Source of the DNA: a virus | Direction: 5' to 3' (one strand) | Virus record (IMG/VR): IMGVR_UViG_3300046167_000815 | Span: 1-64,000 of that record | DNA length: 64,000 nucleotides | Shown here: piece by piece, positions 54,167 through 63,949 of the stretch | Position numbering within the stretch: the stretch's first letter is position 1 | Layout: each line of letters starts with the position of its first letter | Translations under genes and position numbers: made by a program | The notes under the pieces: model-generated | Database searches by the model: none | What the model was told of the DNA's origin: nothing | The model's input: only the letters and a program-made list of their open reading frames with translations

Positions 54167-54491
54167 TTATGATTCGTATTCTAATTCTTCTTTTAACAAA
54201 ATTAAAAAATCTTCTTTAGTTCCTAAAACTCTAGGGCTCTTCATAAACAATTTCATAGTCTCTATACTCAAACTTTTCTGCTTCTGTATTATGCTTAGAA
54301 ATCATTTTTTCAAATATAGCCTCTACACTTTTTGTATAAAGCAATAAATCAGTTTCTAATTCTATTACAAAATTATAACCTCCTTTAGGTTTCCACTTTG
54401 GTTTTTTGTCTCCATAAGTATTAAATCCCTTGGGCCCTACATTATAGTTTTCATAATACTGAGTTTTGATAATAATTTTTTCTTCTACCAT
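54167..54491 (-). CDS. Hypothetical protein (frameshift at ~54235)
   Basis: TQYYENY...WKPKGG motif; corrected frame continues RVLGTKEDFLILLKEELEYES*. Confidence 0.6.
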
Positions 54492-55174
54492 TTTATAGTT
54501 TCTTTATATAAGTTATTTAAAATAACATTAGCCTCTTTAAAATTAGGACAATGCCAGTCTTTTTTAGGATAGACGTAATCTTTAGGGTCATCAAAAGTCA
54601 AAACATGATTATTTTTTTCTAAGAAAGGTTTTAGTTTTTGATTTTCTTCTCCCCATAAAATGTAAATAGTACCTGGTTTATACTGATTTAAAGCATTTAA
54701 AACTGCAGATATAAACTTACCCCAAGGCTTAGTATGTTCGCCTTTGTCGTCTTCTCTAATTGTCAACTGTTTGTTTAATAGAAGTACTCCTTGTTTAGCC
54801 CAGTCTTCTAAACTAAAATCAAACCCTAAATGCAAACCATTGTGAAATTCTCTTTCTACTTGTTCAAAAATTCTAGTAATAACAGGTGAATAAAACTGCG
54901 TTACAAATTCATTTCCATATGCTAAACCATTAGCAGCTTCTATGTTTCTGTGCGGCTGTTTGCCTATAATAACAACTCTGGTAGATTCCCAAGGGCAAAG
55001 TTTAAAAGCCTTAAATATGTTTTCTTTATTAGGTTTTACTTTGTTCATAGCATATTCTGCTCCGACAAAACCCATTAATTTAGAAGTACCATATTCTGTT
55101 TTAAGTGTTTCTTGTAACTGGATAGCCCACCCTTTTCCCAGGGTGTCTATCCAGAATTGTTTTTTATATTTCAT
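54485..55174 (-). CDS. ung: Family-1 uracil-DNA glycosylase homologue with substituted catalytic motifs
   Basis: P.KENIFKAF, VVIIG, ANGLAY, LEDWAKQGVLLLN..LT, H...WGKF, ILWG, F..AN..L.....I.W all match the UNG scaffold; GQDPY is replaced by GKQPH and HPSP by DDPK. Confidence 0.8.
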   Translation of the reverse strand: MKYKKQFWIDTLGKGWAIQLQETLKTEYGTSKLMGFVGAEYAMNKVKPNKENIFKAFKLCPWESTRVVIIGKQPHRNIEAANGLAYGNEFVTQFYSPVITRIFEQVEREFHNGLHLGFDFSLEDWAKQGVLLLNKQLTIREDDKGEHTKPWGKFISAVLNALNQYKPGTIYILWGEENQKLKPFLEKNNHVLTFDDPKDYVYPKKDWHCPNFKEANVILNNLYKETIKW

Positions 55175-55175
55175 A

Positions 55176-55803
55176 TTAGTTATCAAATTCTTTTGCAGGA
55201 TTTAGTTTATGCGTTACTCCTAATTGTTTTAACGTTTTACTACTAAGGCCTTCTTTATTTTTATCTATTATGGACCATACTTCTTGGTCTCCTAAAATTA
55301 CAGGATCATTCTCAGAAGAAGAAAGAGCTTTTTCCCAGCTTTTTCTAAGTTCAGGACATCTGCTTAAAATACGAGGAAGAATATTAGGGTTTAATTTAAA
55401 GAAACCGTTTTTTAATATAAGACCTTTTATTTCTGGAGACAAGTTTAGAATACTTACCTTCTAATAAAAGATTATATTGATCCAAATGTTTTTCAGGTAT
55501 CTTAAATACCATAACAATAAAATCGTCTTTTTCGTATTCGTCCACATAAGTTGCCATAGATATTATTGTCGAATAAAACTCTTCAAAATTATAATCTCTG
55601 TAAGGTTTTAGTACTATAAAAATATACGGCTCGTGATTAAAATCAAATTCTAGATCTTCGTCCCACATAAAAGCATTAGAAAATCTAGTAGTCATAATGC
55701 GTTTATTAAAACTGTTTGTAACATCGCATCTAAATAATTGTTTAGGTATTTCCAAAAGAGGAAACAAAAACGTTGATGTCTGCGTATATTTTTTATCGCT
55801 CAT
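55176..55803 (-). CDS. Conserved crAss-like hypothetical protein (frameshift at ~55440 joins two ORFs)
   Basis: T.TSTFLFPLL start; GKYSK-LSPEIK junction restored by removing one base. Confidence 0.6.
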
Positions 55804-56816
55804 ATTTCTATATTAATGTGTCCGTTTATATAATACTCCATAGGATAATCCCAATTGTCTTTTTCTTTATGAAATTTATACCTTTCTAAAGAATGTAAAA
55901 ACCCTTCGTATTTTCTACCAGAAACAAGTGTGCCTCCTTGCCATCCTATATTTGTTACTACATTAGGAACTCTAAAAATCATAGGAGGATTTACCATCTC
56001 TTTCTCTACCACTATATAGTTAAAAGGCAATACTTTATATCCTTTTTCTATAAGTTCTATTACTTTTGGGTCCTGTTTTATGCCGTAAGAATATACAGCA
56101 CATTGAAAATCATATCTAAATTTCCAAAAGTCATATTTAAACATATGTATAGAAGAACCAGTAGTTTTATAGTCTATAGGCAAAATTGTTTTTGCATTAT
56201 GATCTATATACACTTTATCTAGTTCTCCTTTAATAGAAAATGTTTCTTCGTCAAAAGGAGCAATATCAAATGTAATTACTTTGTGTTTCCATATTTCTAT
56301 TCCTTCTTTTTCTTCAGAGTATTTACCAGTAAAAGGATCCGTTTTTAAAGAAGCTACTGCTATAATAGCTTTGTAATGGTCTTCTTCTGTAATTAACTTT
56401 TTACCTTTAGAAGCTACTAAACTATTAAAATAGTTCTCGCATTCTTCTTTAATTTTCTTTACTCTAGTTTCTGATTTCCAATTAGTCTGAAAAGAGTATT
56501 CTTCACAAGCATCGTGAATCTCTTCGTCCATTGTAGACCAGGATAACTCTTCATTATCTTCGTTTACAAGATACATGTCATACACATATCTAGTTATGTT
56601 TCTTTTAACTTCTGATAAAGAATCTTTCATAACATAATACTTGTCTGATATTTCTATATCTGACAATAACATGTCGTCTACTAAAGAACCAAACACAAAA
56701 TGATCTTTTTCTGAATCATCTTGCTGGTCCAACTGCTTTAAAAAAGCAGAAGGACTAACAAGAATTTTCTTTAAAAGGCTTTGGTTTAATCCAGAGAGTT
56801 CTCTGTAATTTTCCAT
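55800..56816 (-). CDS. PD-(D/E)XK exonuclease (RecB/ExoVIII-like)
   Basis: LNQSLLK, FGSLVD, KGELDKV, PIDYKTT, YDFQCAVY motifs. Confidence 0.85.
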   Translation of the reverse strand: MENYRELSGLNQSLLKKILVSPSAFLKQLDQQDDSEKDHFVFGSLVDDMLLSDIEISDKYYVMKDSLSEVKRNITRYVYDMYLVNEDNEELSWSTMDEEIHDACEEYSFQTNWKSETRVKKIKEECENYFNSLVASKGKKLITEEDHYKAIIAVASLKTDPFTGKYSEEKEGIEIWKHKVITFDIAPFDEETFSIKGELDKVYIDHNAKTILPIDYKTTGSSIHMFKYDFWKFRYDFQCAVYSYGIKQDPKVIELIEKGYKVLPFNYIVVEKEMVNPPMIFRVPNVVTNIGWQGGTLVSGRKYEGFLHSLERYKFHKEKDNWDYPMEYYINGHINIEI

Positions 56817-57313
56817 TACTTTTTAATTGTTTTTAATTTATAAACTAACTTTCTTTCTTTAAGAGTTTCTACTTCTACAAATTCGTAAGAAGTTTTTGAC
56901 AGAAACTCTATTGTGTCATCAGGTAAAATTCCTCTTTTTTGCAGAACGTCGTCTAGACATTTTATCCACACTAAAGCTAAATTACCTATGTCCCATCTTG
57001 GACTATATCCTTCGGGAGCAGGTTTCCAACTAATTCTACCTTTACCTGTTTTTTTGTCTTTTAATCTTTTTACATCTCCATAATTAATAGGAGCGTATAT
57101 GATTAATTGTGTTTCTACGGGCAAAGATATTTTATAGTCTTGCGGCATATGCTTCTCAATATACTTGTGCATCGCTGCTACAAATGCATTACGAACGGTA
57201 AAGTGCGCTGAAGCATGTATCTTATTGTAACCTATTTTTACCCATTTTTTACCGCTTAACGGTACATGGGTAATAAATTCAGGAAACTCAATTGTCATTT
57301 CACTAATTGCCAT
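56816..57313 (-). CDS. RusA-like Holliday junction resolvase
   Basis: WDIGNL....K.LDD.L...GILPDD matches the RusA D.DN..K...D.L......DD pattern. Confidence 0.7.
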   Translation of the reverse strand: MAISEMTIEFPEFITHVPLSGKKWVKIGYNKIHASAHFTVRNAFVAAMHKYIEKHMPQDYKISLPVETQLIIYAPINYGDVKRLKDKKTGKGRISWKPAPEGYSPRWDIGNLALVWIKCLDDVLQKRGILPDDTIEFLSKTSYEFVEVETLKERKLVYKLKTIKK

Positions 57314-57322
57314 ATTTTAATT

Positions 57323-58456
57323 TTAAGACCAAACAATATTAGAAATACTTTTATCATCTAGTATTTTTTCTTCTTTTTCTATTTCTTTTTCCACAGGAAT
57401 AAAGTCTTCTATTATTTTTTGGTCGTAATTAAAATTTAAGAATTCAAGTGCCTCTGTGTTTAAAGTTATTACTTTAGCTTTAAAATGTTTAGATTCTCTG
57501 TTAGCGATTCTATCTGCGTACTCTTCAAAGATTATATCTACCCATTCTTTATTAAGAACTTTTCTTTCTATAAATAAGTCCATCATATAATCTATAGTAA
57601 CATATGTGTAACGATTTATGTTTAAGTACGCTAATAAAGACTTAAAATTAATATGACGACAATACTTATTTTTTAAAAACTTTTCTGAGTAAGCCTCGAA
57701 TAGCATACATAAGTACAACAAACTTTTTGTGTAATCACAGTTAGCTATCATTTCCATGGCTAAAACTAAGTTGTCTTCGTCAGAACTATCTATCATAGAT
57801 TTAAGCTGATTATATTCTTTTTTTTCTATGACTAAAGCATCTCTGCCGTTTACTATTTCCATTAAATCTTGTTGATTATATACAACTATGTCATTATCTA
57901 AAAAATATTCGTAACACTCATAGTCAGGACCTTCTTTTAAATACTTGTTATAGTCATAACTAGTTTCTACATTAGGATAAAATCTTTTAATAGAATTAAG
58001 AGTTCTATAATCTACTGTTACTGTTCCTTCTTCTTCAATGTGATTTCCTAATATATCTATATCAATATCTGCCAGCGTAAATAAAGAGTCTACATTATTT
58101 TTTACAGAATGTTTAAAATAGTCTGCTGATTTTGTGTGATTTTTATTATTTAAAATATAACCCCCAGAACTTTCTGAAATTGCGTTAATGCCAGAATCAC
58201 TTGAATTTATAAAACAAAAATCTGCTTCTTTAAAATTTTTAGTAATTCTTAAATTGTGGCTCATCATTACAGTACGCAATTTTACTTTTGGAATACTACA
58301 ATTTTTTGATATAAAAACAGTTTGATTGGGTTTTAAAGAATATTTATTTTTAGACATAATAAAATTATTATCTTTATTATCTTCATTTAATTTAATTCTG
58401 CCTTTTAAAACAGTTTTTTCCAATTCTGCATCTACTACTATTTGTAATGTTTTCAT
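57323..58456 (-). CDS. Hypothetical protein associated with the MoxR/VWA genes
   Basis: 377-aa ORF; SSDEDNLVLAMEMIANCDY motif; tightly coupled to the ATPase gene. Confidence 0.6.
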   Translation of the reverse strand: MKTLQIVVDAELEKTVLKGRIKLNEDNKDNNFIMSKNKYSLKPNQTVFISKNCSIPKVKLRTVMMSHNLRITKNFKEADFCFINSSDSGINAISESSGGYILNNKNHTKSADYFKHSVKNNVDSLFTLADIDIDILGNHIEEEGTVTVDYRTLNSIKRFYPNVETSYDYNKYLKEGPDYECYEYFLDNDIVVYNQQDLMEIVNGRDALVIEKKEYNQLKSMIDSSDEDNLVLAMEMIANCDYTKSLLYLCMLFEAYSEKFLKNKYCRHINFKSLLAYLNINRYTYVTIDYMMDLFIERKVLNKEWVDIIFEEYADRIANRESKHFKAKVITLNTEALEFLNFNYDQKIIEDFIPVEKEIEKEEKILDDKSISNIVWS

Positions 58457-58458
58457 GA

Positions 58459-59628
58459 TTATTTAATTAAAATTTTAGTTATTGTTGGGTTCAACATTAG
58501 TTTAGAAAACTTTTGTTTATTACCGTTCAACAATTCTTTAACAATAAAATATTTTAAGTCTTCTGTAAAAGAAGTACACTCTGTAAATATTTCTTCTACT
58601 CTCTGTACTATTTCTTTAGAAATAGGATTTGTTTTTGCAAAATTCAACAAGTAGTTTACTATTCTAGTAGAAACTACACTAGAGATGTCGGCTCTAAATT
58701 CGTCCTCTTCTCCTATCATTTTTCTTAACTCAGCAAAAACGTAATCTTTGTCTTTTGAAATAATGTTTTTTGGCGATATAATTTTATCAAGCTTATTATT
58801 AATAAACATTGTAAACATGCTTGAAAAATCTTGTCCTACAGAACCCTCACCTATCATTTGAATCATAGGTAACTCGTCTTCAAACTTTTCTATCGAACTA
58901 ATTGCATTAAAAAATGTAGTAAAACTTCTAGGATTAACTTTTTCGTTTACTAATTCTGGATGCATAAGTAAAAAGTTTATGCAACGGCTGTCCATATTAA
59001 CAGACTCTGCCCATTTTGCCCATACTTTTTCATCAAACTTTAGCTCCACAGAAACAAAACGTGTTTGCTGTGCAACATCTAAGCTTGTTACATTATATTC
59101 TCCATTGTCAGGATTAGAAGTAAGAATTACATGCCAGTTCTTAGGCAATTTCCAAGAAATATACTCTTGTCTATCGCAAATTTCCATAACAGCTTGCATA
59201 AATCTATGGTCTGCACGTGTAAAATCGTCGAGTATAAGTACACCGCCATCTTTTTTACCTTGTACCCAAGATGGTTTTGCGTGTGACATTCTTTTATCTA
59301 CTACTCTATATCCTTTTTCATTTGCAGTAGCAATTTCTTGCTCAGTAATCCACAATACTTTTCCTTCATTGTTTTTTACTTTGTATTCTTTGACAGGAAA
59401 ACCTATCAAATCGCCTAACTCTTCTAGCTGAGATAGATTTATTTTTTCTACTTGCAAGTCTAGATCTTTTGCTAGCTGTATAATAGAAGAAGTTTTACCT
59501 AATCCTGCATTACCTGATACATCTATAGTAACAGGTACTAATCCTTTTTCTTGAATGTGTTGATTATTTTTAATCATGTGAGATACAAAATCTCTTAATT
59601 CTTCTACGTTTAATTTAGTTTGATTCAT
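58459..59628 (-). CDS. MoxR-like AAA+ ATPase
   Basis: Walker A GNAGLGKTS, GDLIGFP, Walker B LILDDFTRA, sensor I LTSNP, D.AQ.TRF, NPRS. Confidence 0.88.
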   Translation of the reverse strand: MNQTKLNVEELRDFVSHMIKNNQHIQEKGLVPVTIDVSGNAGLGKTSSIIQLAKDLDLQVEKINLSQLEELGDLIGFPVKEYKVKNNEGKVLWITEQEIATANEKGYRVVDKRMSHAKPSWVQGKKDGGVLILDDFTRADHRFMQAVMEICDRQEYISWKLPKNWHVILTSNPDNGEYNVTSLDVAQQTRFVSVELKFDEKVWAKWAESVNMDSRCINFLLMHPELVNEKVNPRSFTTFFNAISSIEKFEDELPMIQMIGEGSVGQDFSSMFTMFINNKLDKIISPKNIISKDKDYVFAELRKMIGEEDEFRADISSVVSTRIVNYLLNFAKTNPISKEIVQRVEEIFTECTSFTEDLKYFIVKELLNGNKQKFSKLMLNPTITKILIK

Positions 59629-59633
59629 TTTTT

Positions 59634-60795
59634 TTAAATTTCTAGTTTAATAACTTTTCCTGGTAATTCATTATTCATATCAGATCTTTCTGACAGAACC
59701 CATAAAATATTCTTATTTGGTTTTAACTCTGTATATGCTTCACCGTCAGTAAAATATACAAGACTTGTAAACTTAGGATTGTCCATGTAATAATCTAATA
59801 CTGGATCAAAACTAGTACCTCCTCTACCTGATATTTCAAGCTCAAATTTACCTTTGTATTCTTGTATACTATTTATTTTAGTGTCACACTGTACAATTTC
59901 AATAGCTACTCCTGATCTATATAAATGATAAATTTCATTCATAAATTCAGTAAGCTCATCGTTGTTTACAGAAGCAGATGTATCTATTGCAACTAACATT
60001 TTTTGTCGCATCTTTACTCTTAAACCAGGATTATCAGAGTATCTATGATTCTCTTTTCTTCTTTGTTTCTTAGTAAAGGTTCTAAGAGAGTTGCCCTGTA
60101 AATCTTCTAATAAACTTTCGCCAATTAAATTTTGGTTTTTCTACTACAGAAAGTTTTATGATTTCTTCTATTTCTCCAGGTACTACTCCTCTTTTCTTAA
60201 TAGTCTGTTCTTGTGCCTCTTTTATTAATGTTTGTACTTGCTTATCCATTAACTTTTGTTCTCCTTCAGAAAGATCTTCAAACTGTTCCCATTCAGAATG
60301 GTCTACACCTTCTTCTAGCATTTTGTCAAAAGCTTCTGACCCAGAAGTTCCGTTTTCTTCTTTTTCTTTTTGAGCTTGTTGCATCTTTTCATAATAATAT
60401 CTGCAACCTGCTTTACGATCAAGATTTAATTCTGGGTAATTGTCAATGTCTACGCCTCCTTCTGGCAACCATTCTTTGTCTATATACTGATTTATCTCAC
60501 AATCCATAGCAATGTTTGCTAGTTTCTTATCTTTAAAATCAGTAAAAACATTTAGATGTTTAAATGCAATATGAAGTAATTCATGTTTTATTAAACCTAT
60601 TCTTTTTATGTGCGGCAGTTCTTCCCAAAAAGAAGAATTTATCATTAAATGATAATTGATTCCTTGTTTTCCAACACATGCAGTAGGTACTTTTTCATTC
60701 CATACTTTGTTTAGCATTATTAAAAAGAATCCGTAAAACGGTTCTTTAAACATAAGGTCTTTGGTAACCTTACTTAAGGACTGTGATTTATCCAT
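59634..60795 (-). CDS. Metallopeptidase-VWA protein (DUF2201-like), frameshift at ~60090
   Basis: HELLH, NIAMDCEINQ, MIDAS DTSAS, GRGGTSF, FTDGE; corrected frame RFTGNSLRTF...NPGLRVKMRQK joins the two ORFs. Confidence 0.85.
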
Positions 60796-61796
60796 AACTT
60801 TGATATTTTTTGATTAAATAATTCTTTGGCTTTTTCTTTTCCTACTTTACTAACTAAGTCGCTAAAATCTGTTACACCAGGTAATTCTGGCATAAAAAAA
60901 TGCGGTACATTATATTTTTTAGTAAAATCTTTAGAGAGTTTAACACCTGCTGTATCATTATCGAATAAACAAAACACTTGTTTAAATCTAGATTTATACT
61001 CGTTCATTACTGAAACTTTCATCATTACTGATTCTGATTGTAAACCCACACTATCTATTTCCATTACATCTTTTAAACTCATTACGTCTTTTAAAGATTT
61101 AGTAATGATTAAAAGTTCTCCTGATGAAGGAAGTTTTGTATAACCTTGGTGCACAGTATAATTGGCATTGTTAATCCATTTAAACTTTTTACTATAAGGC
61201 TGATAAATTTTATAGCTAACACTATCGTCTTTATATTCTATATATGCATAAGCATTCTTGTCTGCTTTATTAGCATTCCCGTTAAAGAATACGTGGCTTA
61301 TAGGCACCACGTTATACTTTTTTAAAGTAGTTTTTTTAATGCCGTATTGTTTCCAATATTTAGCATCGTGAATTTGCCATTTTCTTTTTCTTATCCCTAT
61401 TTTAACTTGCTTTTTCTGTACTACTTTTTTAGCTTTAACTAACTGTTTACGTTCTCCTGTTATTTCTGCATCTGATAGTTTAAAATCATATGCAATTTTC
61501 CACAAAGCTTCTTTGTAATTTATATCATAAAGCAGACTTACAAACACGATAACATCGCCACTATCTTTAGTAGCAAAATCGTAGAACATTAATGTTCCTG
61601 AACCATTCTTATGATAATATATTACAAACGAAGGCACATTGTCTTCTCTTAAAGGACTATTAATTTTAGTACCTTGTTCTATAGGAGAGCCTATGTAATA
61701 GGAGTATATTTCTTCTTGTGTAATTACAGAAAGTATATCTTCTTTAGTAATTTGCTCGTTAAAAATAAAAGAATTTAAATTTATTTTTTTATGCAT
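60774..61796 (-). CDS. DnaG-like (Toprim) primase of crAss type
   Basis: SPLREDN.PSF N-domain, YKIYQP, LIITKSLKDVM, LFDNDTAG, DFSD. Confidence 0.85.
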   Translation of the reverse strand: MHKKINLNSFIFNEQITKEDILSVITQEEIYSYYIGSPIEQGTKINSPLREDNVPSFVIYYHKNGSGTLMFYDFATKDSGDVIVFVSLLYDINYKEALWKIAYDFKLSDAEITGERKQLVKAKKVVQKKQVKIGIRKRKWQIHDAKYWKQYGIKKTTLKKYNVVPISHVFFNGNANKADKNAYAYIEYKDDSVSYKIYQPYSKKFKWINNANYTVHQGYTKLPSSGELLIITKSLKDVMSLKDVMEIDSVGLQSESVMMKVSVMNEYKSRFKQVFCLFDNDTAGVKLSKDFTKKYNVPHFFMPELPGVTDFSDLVSKVGKEKAKELFNQKISKLWINHSP

Positions 61797-61815
61797 TTAC
61801 TATAAATTTTAGAAT

Positions 61816-61850
61816 AAAAAAAGAAAGGACAACATAGTCGCCCTTCCTTT
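61816..61850 (-). terminator. Intrinsic terminator downstream of the SSB-like gene
   Basis: Minus strand AGGAAGGGCGAC-tat-GTTGTCCTTTCT followed by a T-run; G-U pairs work only on the minus strand. Confidence 0.75.
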
Positions 61851-61870
61851 TATTTTAATTAAAAAAAGTC

Positions 61871-62467
61871 CTACCACTCATCATCATCAGAGTCAGCAGT
61901 ACTTGTCGCTAATGCAGCGCTTTCTTCTCCGTCTTCTTGCAGACGAGTCATTCCGTCAAGATCTGTTTGTTTAAGAACAGATGTCTCAGCAGAAACATTC
62001 ATAGCTTCCATAAAAGGAACCCAAGAACGAGGTTGAATGTATTTTTTACGATACTCGTTTGTACCATAGTTAGCAAAAATACGAACAGCTCCTAAATTAG
62101 GTAAAGCTCCTCTAAGCAATTTCATAGCTTCGTCTAACATTGCTTCTGCAGAATTAACAACAGGCAATTGAGCGTTAGGGCCCAAAGCAACATGCAAGAT
62201 ATGCTTTAAAACTTTACCTTGTTTTTGAATTAATTGCTCAACAGTATTCCAAGAAGTTTCTTTTGTTACATACCAGAAAGGCATATTACAAGATCCACCA
62301 TTAGAATCTGTAAAAGTAATTTTATAGTCTGGGGCAAATTCTTTGTCTTCAGAGTTTTTCTTATGAATAGTCATCTTAACATCGTTAACTACTCCTGCAT
62401 TTCCTCCGTTGAAAATTGCTTTACCCTCTACAGCATTAAAGCTGTCATCATTTAAATTAATGTTCAT
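61871..62467 (-). CDS. Putative single-stranded DNA-binding protein
   Basis: Position between the Sak4-like ATPase and primase, high-expression codons, acidic tail ending DSDDDEW, own terminator. Confidence 0.6.
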   Translation of the reverse strand: MNINLNDDSFNAVEGKAIFNGGNAGVVNDVKMTIHKKNSEDKEFAPDYKITFTDSNGGSCNMPFWYVTKETSWNTVEQLIQKQGKVLKHILHVALGPNAQLPVVNSAEAMLDEAMKLLRGALPNLGAVRIFANYGTNEYRKKYIQPRSWVPFMEAMNVSAETSVLKQTDLDGMTRLQEDGEESAALATSTADSDDDEW

Positions 62468-62509
62468 TACTTGTTTTTATTTACTAATTAAAAATTTAAT
62501 AGCGGTTTT

Positions 62510-63085
62510 TTACCACTGATCGTCTACTATTTCTTCTTCTTCAACTGTATTAGCTACACTTTGATAAGAATCTGCGTTAGAAACAATTTCTTCTTCTTCG
62601 TTTGATTCTACTTGTACTTCTTCTTGTACAACTTCTTGTACAATAGGCGCTTCTTCAACAACAGTATTGTCATTAGTAGCGCTTGTTACCATAAAATAAG
62701 GTTGGTTTTCTACAGTCTCAAAGTGAAGATAATTTTCTACATCATTGTTCAAAGAAAAACTGTTTGTAAGAAACTCATATGTTTTCTTGTCACTAAAAGA
62801 ATAAGACTTGTTAGTCTTAAAAGCCTTCATGTTTTCGTTTTCTTCTGCTAAAGCCATAAGTACTACATCTCCTGTTTCTGCATTTCTACCGAAAGTTACA
62901 TAAGATTGTGCTCCTGTTTCTTTGTCAGGAGAAACTAATCCTAATGCATCAATAGCAGCTTTGTTAAATGTAAATTTACGACCAGAACCTTTGCCTAACA
63001 ATGCAGACATAGTTACTACTGGCGTGTTAAACTTTTCTACTTTAGTAGAAGATTTTCTGTTTGTTGGTACTCCCCAATCAATCAT
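62510..63085 (-). CDS. Hypothetical protein with long acidic tail
   Basis: Beta-rich N-domain (RKFTFNKAAIDALGL), Glu-rich C-terminus ending IVDDQW. Confidence 0.65.
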   Translation of the reverse strand: MIDWGVPTNRKSSTKVEKFNTPVVTMSALLGKGSGRKFTFNKAAIDALGLVSPDKETGAQSYVTFGRNAETGDVVLMALAEENENMKAFKTNKSYSFSDKKTYEFLTNSFSLNNDVENYLHFETVENQPYFMVTSATNDNTVVEEAPIVQEVVQEEVQVESNEEEEIVSNADSYQSVANTVEEEEIVDDQW

Positions 63086-63124
63086 TTTTCTTGTGTTTTA
63101 AAAAATTAATAATATTAAATAATT

Positions 63125-63185
63125 TGTTTAGCTCCGTGCTAAACATAAACAGATCTATTTTTTATCAGAGTAGATCCAATTCTGA
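63125..63185 (-). promoter_or_regulatory. Structured RNA leader: H-type pseudoknot plus hairpin
   Basis: Minus strand TCAGA-att-GGATCTA-c-TCTGA-taaaaaa-TAGATCT, then TGTTTAGC-acgga-GCTAAACA. Confidence 0.55.
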
Positions 63186-63249
63186 ATAGTTTAAAGTGTT
63201 TGCTTTAACAGCACTATAAGTACTCCAAAGCAGTTAATAAAAAAATTGT

Positions 63250-63921
63250 TTAGTAATACTCGTTGATAGCAGTATCGACTAATGTTAAATCGTTAGGAAT
63301 AGTTTCCTCCTCAAACATGTCAATAGGTGTCTTACAAGTATCTGAGCCAGAAGTCTTTGTTCTAAATACATGTTCGTTAGGTTGCCCAGGAGCACTCTTA
63401 ACCTCACAATATAAAACAATAGAGCTAAAACTCTCAGGTACAAATTTTTCAAGCTGTTTACCTTGTACAGCTACTCTTTCCATAGGAAAGCCTGTTTCAT
63501 CATAATGAGTTTCTGGATGAGCAAAGAAGTAAACATGTAAGTCGTCTCTTACTTTGTCATTCACAATATTCATTAGATCATAAATAGATGCAGAAAACTT
63601 ACCCCATTTCTCAAAACCTTTAGCCGTTCTAAACGCTTTACTCATGACATGGTCAGTCATAATTCTAGACCATGTGTCTATCACTAAAGTTTTAATTTGC
63701 GGTTTGTTCTTATGAACATCCTTTAAGATATTAATAACTTCTACTATATCAGAAGTTTTTTTGTAATTACCCTTTTCTTCAGAATACTTTTCTTGAAATT
63801 TTCTAAAAGGTAAGGGCTTCTGGTCTGTATTCAAGATGAACGTCTCATCAGGATTAAGATTACGTAGGGAAGTAGATTTCCCCATACCAGATTTACCTGT
63901 AATAAACACTAATTTTCCCAT
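63250..63921 (-). CDS. Sak4-like / AAA_24 P-loop ATPase
   Basis: Walker A GKSGMGKST, LVIDT, GFEKW, F.IVLY, KTP.DMF, IPNDL..V...I.EYY; ATG 63921 follows GGAG-AAAAAA. Confidence 0.85.
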   Translation of the reverse strand: MGKLVFITGKSGMGKSTSLRNLNPDETFILNTDQKPLPFRKFQEKYSEEKGNYKKTSDIVEVINILKDVHKNKPQIKTLVIDTWSRIMTDHVMSKAFRTAKGFEKWGKFSASIYDLMNIVNDKVRDDLHVYFFAHPETHYDETGFPMERVAVQGKQLEKFVPESFSSIVLYCEVKSAPGQPNEHVFRTKTSGSDTCKTPIDMFEEETIPNDLTLVDTAINEYY

Positions 63922-63949
63922 TTTTTCTCCTCGTTTTAATTGATTAAAA

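Noticed and set aside
61040-61120. Primase Toprim motif has Lys where DnaG has the catalytic Glu (ITKSLKD)
   Set aside because: To my knowledge this variant is usual in crAss-like primases and the DxD motif is intact, so it is not evidence of inactivation.
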